Shown one piece after another: positions 17,480 through 26,563 of a stretch of 51,895 nt of DNA (position 1 is its first letter; every line of letters starts with the position of its first letter). Source of the DNA: an uncultured Verrucomicrobiota bacterium (lineage in GTDB: Bacteria; Verrucomicrobiota; Verrucomicrobiia; Limisphaerales; SIBE01); the NCBI GenBank assembly GCA_964355375.1, contig CAYHFE010000003.1, positions 1-51,895 of the forward strand. The letters run 5' to 3'. A program made the position numbers and the translations under genes. The notes below the pieces were generated by a model, which was given only the letters and a program-made list of their open reading frames with translations, was not told the origin of the DNA and made no database searches.

Positions 17480-18217
17480 GTGAAAATCCGTTATCAATCC
17501 TCGGCCCAGGATCTGCCTCAGCCCAAGCCCGCTCCGGCCCGCCCCGGTTCGGTCACGTCGCGGCCCGCGCCGCGAAGCCGGCGGCTGCCTCCCCGAGCCG
17601 TCGTTTTCGATCTCGGAAAAGTGCTCCTCGATTTCGATTACGGAATCGCCGCCCGGAAGATCCATTCGCGGAGCCGCCTCTCCGCCGTCCGCTTCCTTCG
17701 GTTAATCGATCAATCCCCGCTCCTCTTCCGCTACGAGACGGGTTTGCTCACGACCGATGAGTTCTTCTCCGAGATCCGCGCGGCGTCCGGACTCGAGGCG
17801 AACCTGCATGAGTTCCGCGAGTTGTTTGGCGACATCTTCACGCCCATCGCGCCAATGATCGCCTTGCACACCCAACTCCGCCGGCAGGGCGTTCCAGCCT
17901 ACATCTTCTCGAATACCAACGAGCTCGCCGTCAGCCATATCCGGCGGCGGTTCCCTTTTTTCGCGGATTTTGACGGTTGGATTTTCTCCTACGAGCACCG
18001 CTCGATGAAGCCCGATCCGAAGCTCTACGAAGTCGTGGAACGAGTCAGCCGCCGTTCGGGCAATGAACTCCTTTACATCGACGACCGTTCCGAGAACGTC
18101 GTCGCTGGAGCGGCGCGCGGCTGGAATGCCCTCCTCCATCAGAGTCCCGAGAAAACCTGGGCGGCGGTCCAGGAGTGCGGGCTCATCAAACCGAGCGATT
18201 CTCATGATGGCCCCTGA
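17480..18217 (+). CDS. HAD-superfamily hydrolase (subfamily IA-like)
   Basis: VVFDLGKVLLDFD motif I, FSNTN motif II, YIDDRSENV motif IV. GTG start, so the N-terminal extension is uncertain. Confidence 0.7.
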   Translation: MKIRYQSSAQDLPQPKPAPARPGSVTSRPAPRSRRLPPRAVVFDLGKVLLDFDYGIAARKIHSRSRLSAVRFLRLIDQSPLLFRYETGLLTTDEFFSEIRAASGLEANLHEFRELFGDIFTPIAPMIALHTQLRRQGVPAYIFSNTNELAVSHIRRRFPFFADFDGWIFSYEHRSMKPDPKLYEVVERVSRRSGNELLYIDDRSENVVAGAARGWNALLHQSPEKTWAAVQECGLIKPSDSHDGP

Positions 18218-18226
18218 CACGGTCCG

Positions 18227-18349
18227 CAGCAGTTCTCATTTTGACTCAGGACACGGTCCGTTCCACGCAGGTAGTCCCGGCTTCAGCCGGTTTTCACGTG
18301 GCGACCGGCTGAAGCCGGGACTACCTACTTGTCAAAATGAGAACTGCTG
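18227..18349 (+). mobile_element. MITE copy A (123 bp): 19-bp terminal inverted repeats, nested 20-bp inner inverted repeat, 9-bp direct flanks
   Basis: TIR cagcagttctcattttgac / gtcaaaatgagaactgctg. Inner IR gtagtcccggcttcagccgg / ccggctgaagccgggactac. cacggtccg lies immediately on both sides. Confidence 0.85.
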
Positions 18350-18404
18350 CACGGTCCGTTCGACGCATGGACAAACCCACCGTTTCGAGGAACGATTAGA
18401 TTGA

Positions 18405-19289
18405 ATGAGCTATTCGGAAATCGCTTCCGGCACGATCCGAGCGCGCTCGGAGCGGCAAGCAATGGACTGGAGTCTGGTTCTGGCCAGTCAGGACATCGCC
18501 ACACTCATCGATCATTCGCCTGAATCGGGCTGGAGTTTGATCGTGGACGCGCTGGACCGCGAGCGCGCCTTGTCCGCCATCCGCCAGTACCGGCTGGAGA
18601 ATCGGCGGTGGGGCTGGCGACAACCCCTTCCCTGGTCGGACGCTTCGTTTCACTGGGGCGGGTTGGTCTGGTGTGTCGCGCTCGGTTTCATTTACCGTCT
18701 CAGCGCGGTCGAATTCCCCTCCCTCGTGGCTGCCGCCCGGTTCGACAGCATCGGCGTGTCGCGCGGAGAATGGTGGCGCCTCTTTACCGCCATCCTATTG
18801 CATGGGGATCTGGGTCATCTCCTGACCAACGTCGCCACCGGAGTGGTTCTCTTCGGACTGGCCATGGCGCGGTATGGGGCCGGCTGCGGACTTCTCGCGG
18901 CCTACCTCACCGGCGCGGCGGGCAACGTGGCCGGATGGCTTCTTTACCCCCGGCCCTACCATGGGTTGGGAGCGTCGGGAATGGTGATGGGAGCCTTGGG
19001 GCTGATCACCGTGCCCTATCTCCTGGGATCACCGCCCCGCACGGAGCGGATCAAACAGATCGTCCGGGGCGCGGTGGCGGGAGTGCTCCTGTTCGTGATC
19101 CTGGGGACCAACCCGTCCAGCGACGTCATCGCCCATGCCGGCGGATTCCTCGCGGGAATTCTCCTGGGGATCGGGCTGAATCTGTGGCCCGTGGGGACGC
19201 TGCAAAAACCGGGAGTCCTCCTCGGAACCTGGAGCCTGTGGCTGCTCCTCCTGTTTTTTACGAGCTGGCTGGCCTGGACGCGGAGCTAG
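18405..19289 (+). CDS. Rhomboid family intramembrane serine protease
   Basis: 294 aa. EWWRLFTAILLHGDLGHLLTN and catalytic GASGMVMGALG motifs, with multiple TM helices. Confidence 0.88.
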   Translation: MSYSEIASGTIRARSERQAMDWSLVLASQDIATLIDHSPESGWSLIVDALDRERALSAIRQYRLENRRWGWRQPLPWSDASFHWGGLVWCVALGFIYRLSAVEFPSLVAAARFDSIGVSRGEWWRLFTAILLHGDLGHLLTNVATGVVLFGLAMARYGAGCGLLAAYLTGAAGNVAGWLLYPRPYHGLGASGMVMGALGLITVPYLLGSPPRTERIKQIVRGAVAGVLLFVILGTNPSSDVIAHAGGFLAGILLGIGLNLWPVGTLQKPGVLLGTWSLWLLLLFFTSWLAWTRS

Positions 19290-19403
19290 AGGCGAGCCCA
19301 TCCGATGGGCGCGCCGTGGACCTCGAGGGGGCCGGAAATCCTCCGCCAGGTTTTGCCGTGCGGCCGCCCTCGGCCGCTTTCTCTGAACCGTGGTTGTTTG
19401 AGT

Positions 19404-19523
19404 GGGGAGCGCGGCCGTCCCGGCTGCACCGGTCGGCGTCTCGCCGACCGGAACCAGCGCGGTGCGCGTCCACGAGGGTTCGGCGGGACGCCGAACCCGG
19501 CAGGCGAGACGCCCGCGCTCCCC
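19404..19523. repeat. 120-bp GC-rich nested-hairpin element related to the 25395 and 47548 elements
   Basis: Outer stem ggggagcgcggccgtc / gacgcccgcgctcccc. Inner hairpins ccggtcggcg-tct-cgccgaccgg and gggttcggcg-gga-cgccgaaccc. Shares the ttgagt-ggggagcgc lead-in. Confidence 0.75.
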
Positions 19524-19764
19524 ATCGCACCTTCAGGTTCAAGCCCCGATGAATGCGCAAAGCGAAAGACGGATTCCCATGATCGATTGATGGTAGGGAC
19601 GCGCGGCTCGCGTGTCCCTGGTTGCGCCGCTGGACGCCCCGCGAACGAGCCAGGGGCTCGTGCCTGCCTGAGTTTCATGGCACCGATTCGAGTCTAATCT
19701 TTGGAGGTTGCCCCCCGACCCAAGCGCCGAAAATTCCGTCCAACGATCCAGAGCGGTCTGACCG

Positions 19765-21045
19765 TCACGTTAGGTCCGGCAGAACCCACGGGGCGCGGTA
19801 AGGGCGGTGAACCCAGCGGGCGATCTCGGCGTCGCCGACGATTTGCTCCTTGACCGGATCCCACTGAATCTTGCGCCCCGTGCGCATGGCGATGTTGCCC
19901 AGGTGACAGACGGTGGCGCTGCGGTGTCCGATGGCGACGTCGCAGATCGGGCGCTGGCGGCTGCGGATGCATTCGAGCCAATTGGCGTGATGGTTCGAAC
20001 TCTCGACCAGGCGCACGTCCTTCTCGCCGATCGGCTGCTGGATGATCTCGGCGGGATCTGATTCGAGCTTGCCGCGGTTGACAAAGAGCTTCCCCTTCTC
20101 GCCCTCGAAGGTGGTGCCGCCTTTCTGGCTTTGGCCGCAAATCATCGTGATCCCGTTGGCGTACTTGTAGGTGATCTCGGACCACTCGGGCACTTCATAC
20201 CAATTCTCTTTGTGGAAACGCGCCTGGCCTTCGATCTCGACCGGACCGCTTTCATCCATGCCCAGGCCCCATTGCGCGATGTCGAGGTGATGCGCGCCCC
20301 AATTCGTGAGCTGACCTCCGGAATAATCCCAATAGAACCGGAAGTTGTAATGGACCCGGTTCACGTTGTAAGGCCGCTGGGGCGCGGGACCGAGCCAACG
20401 GTCGTAATCGAGTTCCGGCGGCGGCGCGCCATCCGGCCGGGCCGGGCCTTTGAAATTCACGCCCGAGATGCCGACCCGGACGGTGTGGATTTTGCCGAGC
20501 CGTCCCGAGCGCACCAGTTCGCAGGCGAGTCGGAAATTGGCGCTCGAACGCTGCTGGCTGCCCGTCTGCACCACCCGGTTGTACTTGCGGGCGGCCTGGA
20601 CCATGACCTGGCCTTCGCGAATCGTGAGCGTGAGCGGTTTCTCGCAATAAACGTCTTTGCCGGCCATGCAGGCGTGAATCGCCGGGAGCGCGTGCCAATG
20701 GTCCGGCGTGGCGATGATGACCGCGTCCACCTCTTTGCTCTCGAGCAATTCACGGTAATCCGCGTAGGCCGCGGGCTTCCTTCCGGACGCCTTTTCCACG
20801 GTCGCCACGGCGGCGGCGAGGTGGGTCTTATCGACGTCGCACACGGCCGTCACGCTCTTCAAATGGGATTTCATATCGCCAGTCCCCTGCCCACCCGTGC
20901 CGATGACGCCGATCCGAATCGCGTTGGTCGGAGTGGCGCCCGCGATGGGCCGGGTGAGAAGTTGTGGAAAAGCGAACGCTCCGCTGGCGGCGAAAGCGGT
21001 GTTCAGAAACTGGCGCCGAGTGAGAGAGGGGGTGAAGGTTTTCAT
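19765..21045 (-). CDS. Gfo/Idh/MocA family oxidoreductase with Tat signal
   Basis: 426 aa. TRRQFLNTAFAASGAFA twin-arginine signal and Rossmann motif IRIGVIGTGGQG. Confidence 0.88.
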   Translation of the reverse strand: MKTFTPSLTRRQFLNTAFAASGAFAFPQLLTRPIAGATPTNAIRIGVIGTGGQGTGDMKSHLKSVTAVCDVDKTHLAAAVATVEKASGRKPAAYADYRELLESKEVDAVIIATPDHWHALPAIHACMAGKDVYCEKPLTLTIREGQVMVQAARKYNRVVQTGSQQRSSANFRLACELVRSGRLGKIHTVRVGISGVNFKGPARPDGAPPPELDYDRWLGPAPQRPYNVNRVHYNFRFYWDYSGGQLTNWGAHHLDIAQWGLGMDESGPVEIEGQARFHKENWYEVPEWSEITYKYANGITMICGQSQKGGTTFEGEKGKLFVNRGKLESDPAEIIQQPIGEKDVRLVESSNHHANWLECIRSRQRPICDVAIGHRSATVCHLGNIAMRTGRKIQWDPVKEQIVGDAEIARWVHRPYRAPWVLPDLT

Positions 21046-21117
21046 AGTAGATCGGAGGCCAGATTACTCCTCTTCTCCAACGCTTGGCAATCCGACGTTG
21101 CCAGCGACTCTCGAGGC

Positions 21118-23313
21118 TCAGACCATTCCCGCGAGCTTCCTCCCGGCCCAGTAGATGGCCAGGAGCGTCAGGATCAGTCCGCCCCACCACGGATCGGCCC
21201 AGAGGCGAGTCCGTCGTTCGATGGGCTTGGCTTCGGGGAGCAAGGAAATGCGTTGGACAATTTCGCGCAGCGACTCAAACGAACCGCTGGCGCCCTCGGT
21301 GATGCTGGCGATCTCGCGCAGGATCTCCAGATTGACCGGCTGTCCGATCTTCTCGCGTTGGGGTTGATTGACGAGAATTTCGGTCTCCAAGTTTCGGCCA
21401 TGCTTTTCGGAGGAGACCCGCACTTGGTAGCGGCCGCCTTCTTGCGGGCTGAAATTGGCCTTGAAGACGCCCCAACCCCCTTCCACGGCTGTGAATTCAA
21501 GCCGCTCGACTCGCCCCGAGGGCGCGGTCACTTTGCCGGAGACGGGTCCCTGCTCGATGGGAAAACCCGAGGCGTCCAGAATGGTGGCCTGCAGGAAAAC
21601 GGTGTCGCCACTTTGCGGAGTCTCGGGGCTGAAGCTGAGGCGAATGCCCTGTTTCTCGGAAAGATGCCGCTGATGGGCCATCCAGCGCACGACCTGGCTC
21701 CAGAATCGATAATGGTATTTGTCTTCCACGCCGCGCCGCCAACGCCAGGCGCTGTCCGTGCCCATGAACAAGACCTTGCCGCTGCCGGCCGGTCGGGTGA
21801 CCAAGAGCGGCATGCGTCCCCAGGCGTTGCGGAGCGATTCATGGACGGCCAGGACTTCCGAGCCCGGCCGGCTTTTCTCGACCGCCGCCGACCAATAAAA
21901 TCCGGGCAACTGTTTCCAGATTTCGTCATTGCGATCTTCGTCGGCGTCGAAGCGCGTCAGGAGATGACGTCGGCCCACGGTCGAAAGGAGCAGGGTCGTT
22001 TCGTTCTGCAGCCCGATGCCTGCGGGCTTGGTCGGGTCCAGCACGACGGGGAACAGGTCTTGCAAAGGACTTTTCAACAACGTGACTTGCCGGCCGCGGT
22101 TGCCGGGCAAGAAGATCAGGCCGCTGGACTGTTGCTCCACTAGTCCTTTGATCAACTCGGCGTCTTTTTCCGTGAGTTCATTATCGCCGATCCCGACATC
22201 GCCGAGAAAGATCACGTCGTAGCGCGAGAGCATTTCCTTGGTTCCGGGGAAGGCATTGAGGTAATTGCGGCCCCCACCCGGCCCCATCCCGGGATGGAAG
22301 AGAATGCAGTGCATCTCCACGCCGGGATCACGCTCGAGGGCGTTGCGGAGATAACGATACTCCCAGCGCGGCAGGGAATCGACGACCAGGACCTTGAGGG
22401 TTTCGAGGCGCACGGCCATGCGAAATGTTTCTTCGTTGTTATCGGGCAGCGCTTCGTCGGGCTCCACCGGCATTTTGAGAGTGAGCGTGCGGTCGCCGAC
22501 GGCGCGCGGCGACCATGTGATCGCCTCCTGCAAATCGGCCAGCGCGGGAATGACGATCGATTTCCTGCTTTCCTCTTTGTCGCCATCGGTCAGCACCACG
22601 GTGGTTTTGACTTCGTGAGGCAAATGATTCTGGAGGCGGAACGGAATGGAGATCTGCTCGCCGAACAAGCCGTAGGCGGGGGCGGCCACGCTCTCCAGGG
22701 ACAGGTCAGGAACCGGCGCTTCGCGTCCGACCGCCACCGGGAAGATCGGAATATTCTGCTCGCGAAATCGAGTGGCCGCCCCGACCGGCGATTTGCCCAG
22801 GTTCCAATCTCCGTCGGTCAGAAGCAGGAGAGCTTTGAGGCCTTTCTGGCGTTGGAGCACGGTGGCCATCGCTCGGTTCAGATCCGTTCCTTGGTCGGTT
22901 CGCGCGGCGGCATTGGTTCCGGCCGCCGCCGTGGCAAAATCCTCGACGATGACCTGGGCGTTTTTTTCCAGCGGCTTCCAGAACTCGGCCGCGCGCTGCT
23001 GTTGCACCCAATCGGCGCGGCTGATGAGATTGGTCGCGAGCAGGACGTCGCGGGTCTTCATGCTGCCGGACCCATCCCAGAGCACCAGCACTTCGGGAGT
23101 TTCGGTGCGCCGGATTTCGCGGACGAATTCGGGCCGCAAGAGGGTGAACGCGAGCAAGGAAATGAGCAGGAACCGCAGCCCTTCCAGGAACGCCACGACC
23201 GGGCGGCGGTGATTCCTCCGCCAGTTCGAAAAGCAGAGCCAGCCCGCGGTCAGCCAGATCGCCAGGCCGGCGATCAGGATGGGAAGGGAGAGGGCAAAGG
23301 ACCAGCGGTTCAT
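21118..23313 (-). CDS. Membrane-anchored VWA-like protein of the Bat/MoxR cluster
   Basis: 731 aa from the Met at 23313 (ATGA overlap with the upstream gene). N-terminal TM helices, VLVLWDGSGSM VWA-like MIDAS start, C-terminal TM helix. Confidence 0.65.
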   Translation of the reverse strand: MNRWSFALSLPILIAGLAIWLTAGWLCFSNWRRNHRRPVVAFLEGLRFLLISLLAFTLLRPEFVREIRRTETPEVLVLWDGSGSMKTRDVLLATNLISRADWVQQQRAAEFWKPLEKNAQVIVEDFATAAAGTNAAARTDQGTDLNRAMATVLQRQKGLKALLLLTDGDWNLGKSPVGAATRFREQNIPIFPVAVGREAPVPDLSLESVAAPAYGLFGEQISIPFRLQNHLPHEVKTTVVLTDGDKEESRKSIVIPALADLQEAITWSPRAVGDRTLTLKMPVEPDEALPDNNEETFRMAVRLETLKVLVVDSLPRWEYRYLRNALERDPGVEMHCILFHPGMGPGGGRNYLNAFPGTKEMLSRYDVIFLGDVGIGDNELTEKDAELIKGLVEQQSSGLIFLPGNRGRQVTLLKSPLQDLFPVVLDPTKPAGIGLQNETTLLLSTVGRRHLLTRFDADEDRNDEIWKQLPGFYWSAAVEKSRPGSEVLAVHESLRNAWGRMPLLVTRPAGSGKVLFMGTDSAWRWRRGVEDKYHYRFWSQVVRWMAHQRHLSEKQGIRLSFSPETPQSGDTVFLQATILDASGFPIEQGPVSGKVTAPSGRVERLEFTAVEGGWGVFKANFSPQEGGRYQVRVSSEKHGRNLETEILVNQPQREKIGQPVNLEILREIASITEGASGSFESLREIVQRISLLPEAKPIERRTRLWADPWWGGLILTLLAIYWAGRKLAGMV

Positions 23314-25337
23314 ACGGAGTGACTCGCTCCCGGAACCTCGGACGTCGAAGACGGGCGGCCAGGCACTCCGTCCCGAGGGCTCCCTGCCGAAGATCGCGCC
23401 GGCAATATGAGCAGGCTTTCCACGATGAGAAAGGCCAGCATCCCAAAAACGAAGATGCGCCAAAACTCGCCCTGCAATTGGTCGGATTGTCGGCGCCCCT
23501 CCTGAAAGAGCTGGAACGGCAAATCGGCAAACAAACGCTCGGCCTCAGCCAGCTCGACGCGCTCGGGCTCCTCTTCCGCGGCCGGACGGTTCACCGCCAC
23601 CCAGCGATCGCCGGACCGATAAACCCCGGCCTGGATCCGAATGTCCTTGGGGGTTGTGGTATCGACCGCGGTCCAGCGGGAGCTCTGGTCGGTGGCGGAA
23701 AGTTCGCCGCAAGCGAGGAAGAGGTTGGATTGCAGCCGGCGGCTGCCGGCCTGCATGAGTCGCTGCAGCATGGGCACGAGCACGGGGCCTTCGCCCAGGC
23801 TCGACCATTCCTTTCCTGGCAGCGACGCACAAAAGAAAAATTCTCCCCGGCCCAGCGTCTGCCGCGTCAAGAAAGGCGTGCCGTCATCGTAGGCGGCCAA
23901 GAAATTCTTCCCACCGATGATGGCTTGCCGCCGGGAAAAAGTGACCTGGCCCAGGGGAAGGCTCAAACCCTCGTCGGTTTTGGCCAAAGGCCCTTCGTCC
24001 TGCTCCCAGCGCACGATGCGATAATTCCGCCCCGCCGGAGCGGTTTCCGCTTCACCCCAACCAATCCCCAAAAAGCGCTGTGCTCCGATCTGGCCCGGCG
24101 GAAAAAAGAGCGCCATGCCGCCTTCCTCAATGAAGGTCCGGACACGGTCCGCCACCGCGCCGCTGGGCAATTCCTCCTGCCAGATGAGCAACGTCTTGTC
24201 GCTCCAGTTCGCTCGCTCCAATCCAGCCAGCGACAACAGTTCGGCCGGCTCGCGGGCCTTAGGGGTGAGACCGCTGGCGGCGAACCGCAAGAAGCGTCCG
24301 TCTAATCCTTCTCTAGCCACGACCGCGGCGCGCAGGGCGGCTTCAGGTCCATAAACAAAATAGGTGCTATTGTCGCGGCGGTTCGAGTCGGCGGCCAAAA
24401 CCAGGCTTCCCCAACCCCCGGATTTCTTCTCGGCGAGATCGGCCTGGTAGCGCCAGCGGAGCGCCTGGCCATCAAAGATCACCTCCTGTTGGGACGAAAC
24501 GCCATCGAGAGTGATATCGATCGGGACCGGGCCGGTCCCGCTCACGCTCCGTTGCAGGTCCGCGATGAAATGGAGGTCGGATCGGTCGCGGCGCTGCCGG
24601 CGGGTCACTTCCTTGACCGCGATGGACAGGTTCGCCTCCGGGTCCGAGCTGAGGGCGAGGAGGCGGACGCGGACTTTTTGCGGCAGCGCGGTAATCTGCG
24701 CCAGGAGGCTCTGCCACCGGGCGTCGCCCGGTTGCCAATTGCTTTTCTGAAGATCGGACGCGATCCAGATCTCGGCGGTTCCGGCCCGATTTTCAATCAA
24801 CCAGTGGACCGCCGTCTGAAACAGAGCCGGGATATCGGCGGCCGTGTCCGTTGGGGCGGTGAGGGCGATTTGAGCCAGGCTCTCGGCCTTGGCAATTTCC
24901 TGCGGGGCGCGGAGCGCGTTCTCGATGAGGACGAGGTGGCTCGATTCTTCGAATTCGCGCGCGGCCTGGGCGATCAATTTCAGAGCCTGCTCGCGGGCCG
25001 TGACGGCCGACCCCGCAATCTGCGTTTCCATGCTCGCCGATCGATCGAGCAGGATCAAGATGACGTCCGGGGCTGGCGCGAAGACCCAGCCCAGCCAACC
25101 GCCCGCCAAGGGCCGGCTCAGGAATAAGACCAAGGCCAGCACCGATAGAACCCGGAAGAGCAAAACCAGAAACTGCCGCAGCTTGGCATGGCTGACCGAA
25201 GCACGGGTGGCGGACAAGAGAAATCGCATGGCCGCCCACGGTTGAGGGCGATGGCGCATCCGGTTGATCAAATGAATGATCACCGGAAGGAGCACCAGCG
25301 GCAGACCCCAAAGAATGAACGGTTGGAGGAACGTCAT
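23310..25337 (-). CDS. BatA_N (aerotolerance regulator N-terminal, double-TM) domain protein
   Basis: 675 aa from the Met at 25337, which is preceded by aaggag. MTFLQPFILWGLPLVLLPVIIHLINRMRHRPQPWAAMRFL is the typical N-terminal double-transmembrane domain. Confidence 0.75.
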   Translation of the reverse strand: MTFLQPFILWGLPLVLLPVIIHLINRMRHRPQPWAAMRFLLSATRASVSHAKLRQFLVLLFRVLSVLALVLFLSRPLAGGWLGWVFAPAPDVILILLDRSASMETQIAGSAVTAREQALKLIAQAAREFEESSHLVLIENALRAPQEIAKAESLAQIALTAPTDTAADIPALFQTAVHWLIENRAGTAEIWIASDLQKSNWQPGDARWQSLLAQITALPQKVRVRLLALSSDPEANLSIAVKEVTRRQRRDRSDLHFIADLQRSVSGTGPVPIDITLDGVSSQQEVIFDGQALRWRYQADLAEKKSGGWGSLVLAADSNRRDNSTYFVYGPEAALRAAVVAREGLDGRFLRFAASGLTPKAREPAELLSLAGLERANWSDKTLLIWQEELPSGAVADRVRTFIEEGGMALFFPPGQIGAQRFLGIGWGEAETAPAGRNYRIVRWEQDEGPLAKTDEGLSLPLGQVTFSRRQAIIGGKNFLAAYDDGTPFLTRQTLGRGEFFFCASLPGKEWSSLGEGPVLVPMLQRLMQAGSRRLQSNLFLACGELSATDQSSRWTAVDTTTPKDIRIQAGVYRSGDRWVAVNRPAAEEEPERVELAEAERLFADLPFQLFQEGRRQSDQLQGEFWRIFVFGMLAFLIVESLLILPARSSAGSPRDGVPGRPSSTSEVPGASHSV

Positions 25338-25394
25338 GGGCTCCTTGCTCCAATCCGTCCGGCTGGATCGGCCCAACTCGCCAGGCTGTGACGA

Positions 25395-25582
25395 TTCAGT
25401 TGAGTTGGGGAGCGCACGCGCCCTCGCGTGCCGTGGTCGGCGCCCTCGCCGACCACACTGGCGTCTGCGAACGAATCACCGTTTGGTGAATGTCTTGGGC
25501 CTTCCTTCCGACCGGCGGGGCGCCGGTCGGCCCACGCGAGGGCGCGTATGCTCCCCAATTCCGACTGCATATCAACGGCTAA
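25395..25582. repeat. 188-bp four-hairpin intercistronic element, copy E1
   Basis: ttcagttgag...ccgactg-N-acggctaa ends. Outer stem ggggagcgcacgcgccctcgcgtg / cacgcgagggcgcgtatgctcccc. Inner hairpins gtggtcggcg-ccct-cgccgaccac and cgaccggcg-ggg-cgccggtcg. Near-identical copy at 47548..47735. Confidence 0.85.
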
Positions 25583-25651
25583 TGGGCCACACTTCTTGCG
25601 CCGCGGACGCGTTTCGTGATTGGAGGGCAGCATGAGGGGGCGGGGCTCGGT

Positions 25652-26563
25652 TTAGGCGGACAATAACGCTGCCGCCCGTGAGCGCTCGACCAGGAAGTCG
25701 GCCAGGATATCGCCGTAATTCTGGTCGGTCACCACGCGACGATAATCCGCGTTAAACTCATGGCAGCCCGCTTTGAGTAACTCGAGATAGAGATGCAACT
25801 GCCGCAGGTACTCATCCCGGACGCTGGCCGGCTCGGTGACCACGCTGAACGAACTCTCCATATCCACGAAACGGACGGGGCGATCAAACTGAAAATCCAT
25901 CTCCAGTCGGTCCAATAAATGGAACACCGCCAGATCGTGTTTTTGAAAGCGCAGGTGCTGAAAGCAGCTCATGAGCGCTTCGGGTTCGGCGAATAAATCG
26001 GAGAAGACGATGACCAAGGCGCGTCGGCGGACCTTTTCGGCGAGGTCATGCAGGACCGGGATCAGTCCGGTGACGCCTTTCGCCTCCACCTGGTCGAGCG
26101 TTTCAAAGATGAGTTGGAGATGGGCGGGATTGCGCCGCGGTGGAATCTCGAAGACGGTGCGGTCGCTCACGCAGATCAGGCCGGCCGCGTCGCCCTGATG
26201 CACGATCAAATAGGCCAGATTGGCCATCAGCCGGCGGGCGTAATCAAGCTTCCGGGTTTCTTTCCCGGCAAACTTCATGGAGGCGCTGCAATCCAAAACC
26301 AGGTAGCAGCGCAGGTTGGTTTCGGCTTCAAATTCCTTGAGGTAAAAACGGTCGGTCCGGCCAAAGACCCGCCAATCCAAACGGCGGATGTCATCCCCGG
26401 GCACGTAATTCCGGTACTCCGCGAATTCCACGCTCGAGCCGCGGTGGGGACTCCGGTGCTGGCCCGAGACGTTGCCCTCCATGGCAAAGCGCGCCAGGAG
26501 CGGTTGCGCCATCAGACGGGCCAGAACGTGCGGCTCGAGATATTTTCCCCCGGAATCAGCCAC
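25652..26563 (-). CDS. DUF58 domain protein (VWA-like, MoxR-associated)
   Basis: 303 aa. GQHRSPHRGSSVEFAEYRNYVPGDDIRRLDWRVFGRTDRFYLKEFE...LVLDCSASM is the DUF58 signature. Confidence 0.9.
   Translation of the reverse strand: MADSGGKYLEPHVLARLMAQPLLARFAMEGNVSGQHRSPHRGSSVEFAEYRNYVPGDDIRRLDWRVFGRTDRFYLKEFEAETNLRCYLVLDCSASMKFAGKETRKLDYARRLMANLAYLIVHQGDAAGLICVSDRTVFEIPPRRNPAHLQLIFETLDQVEAKGVTGLIPVLHDLAEKVRRRALVIVFSDLFAEPEALMSCFQHLRFQKHDLAVFHLLDRLEMDFQFDRPVRFVDMESSFSVVTEPASVRDEYLRQLHLYLELLKAGCHEFNADYRRVVTDQNYGDILADFLVERSRAAALLSA

Noticed and set aside
18063-18404. 113-aa ORF, and its paralogue 40811..41389, sharing HFDSGHGPFHAGSPGFSRFSRGDRLKPGL
   Set aside because: The shared peptide is simply the translation of MITE copies A and C. 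It is not a conserved protein.
20131-22143. 670-aa plus-strand ORF
   Set aside because: It is antisense to the Gfo/Idh/MocA and VWA genes and has shadow-ORF composition.
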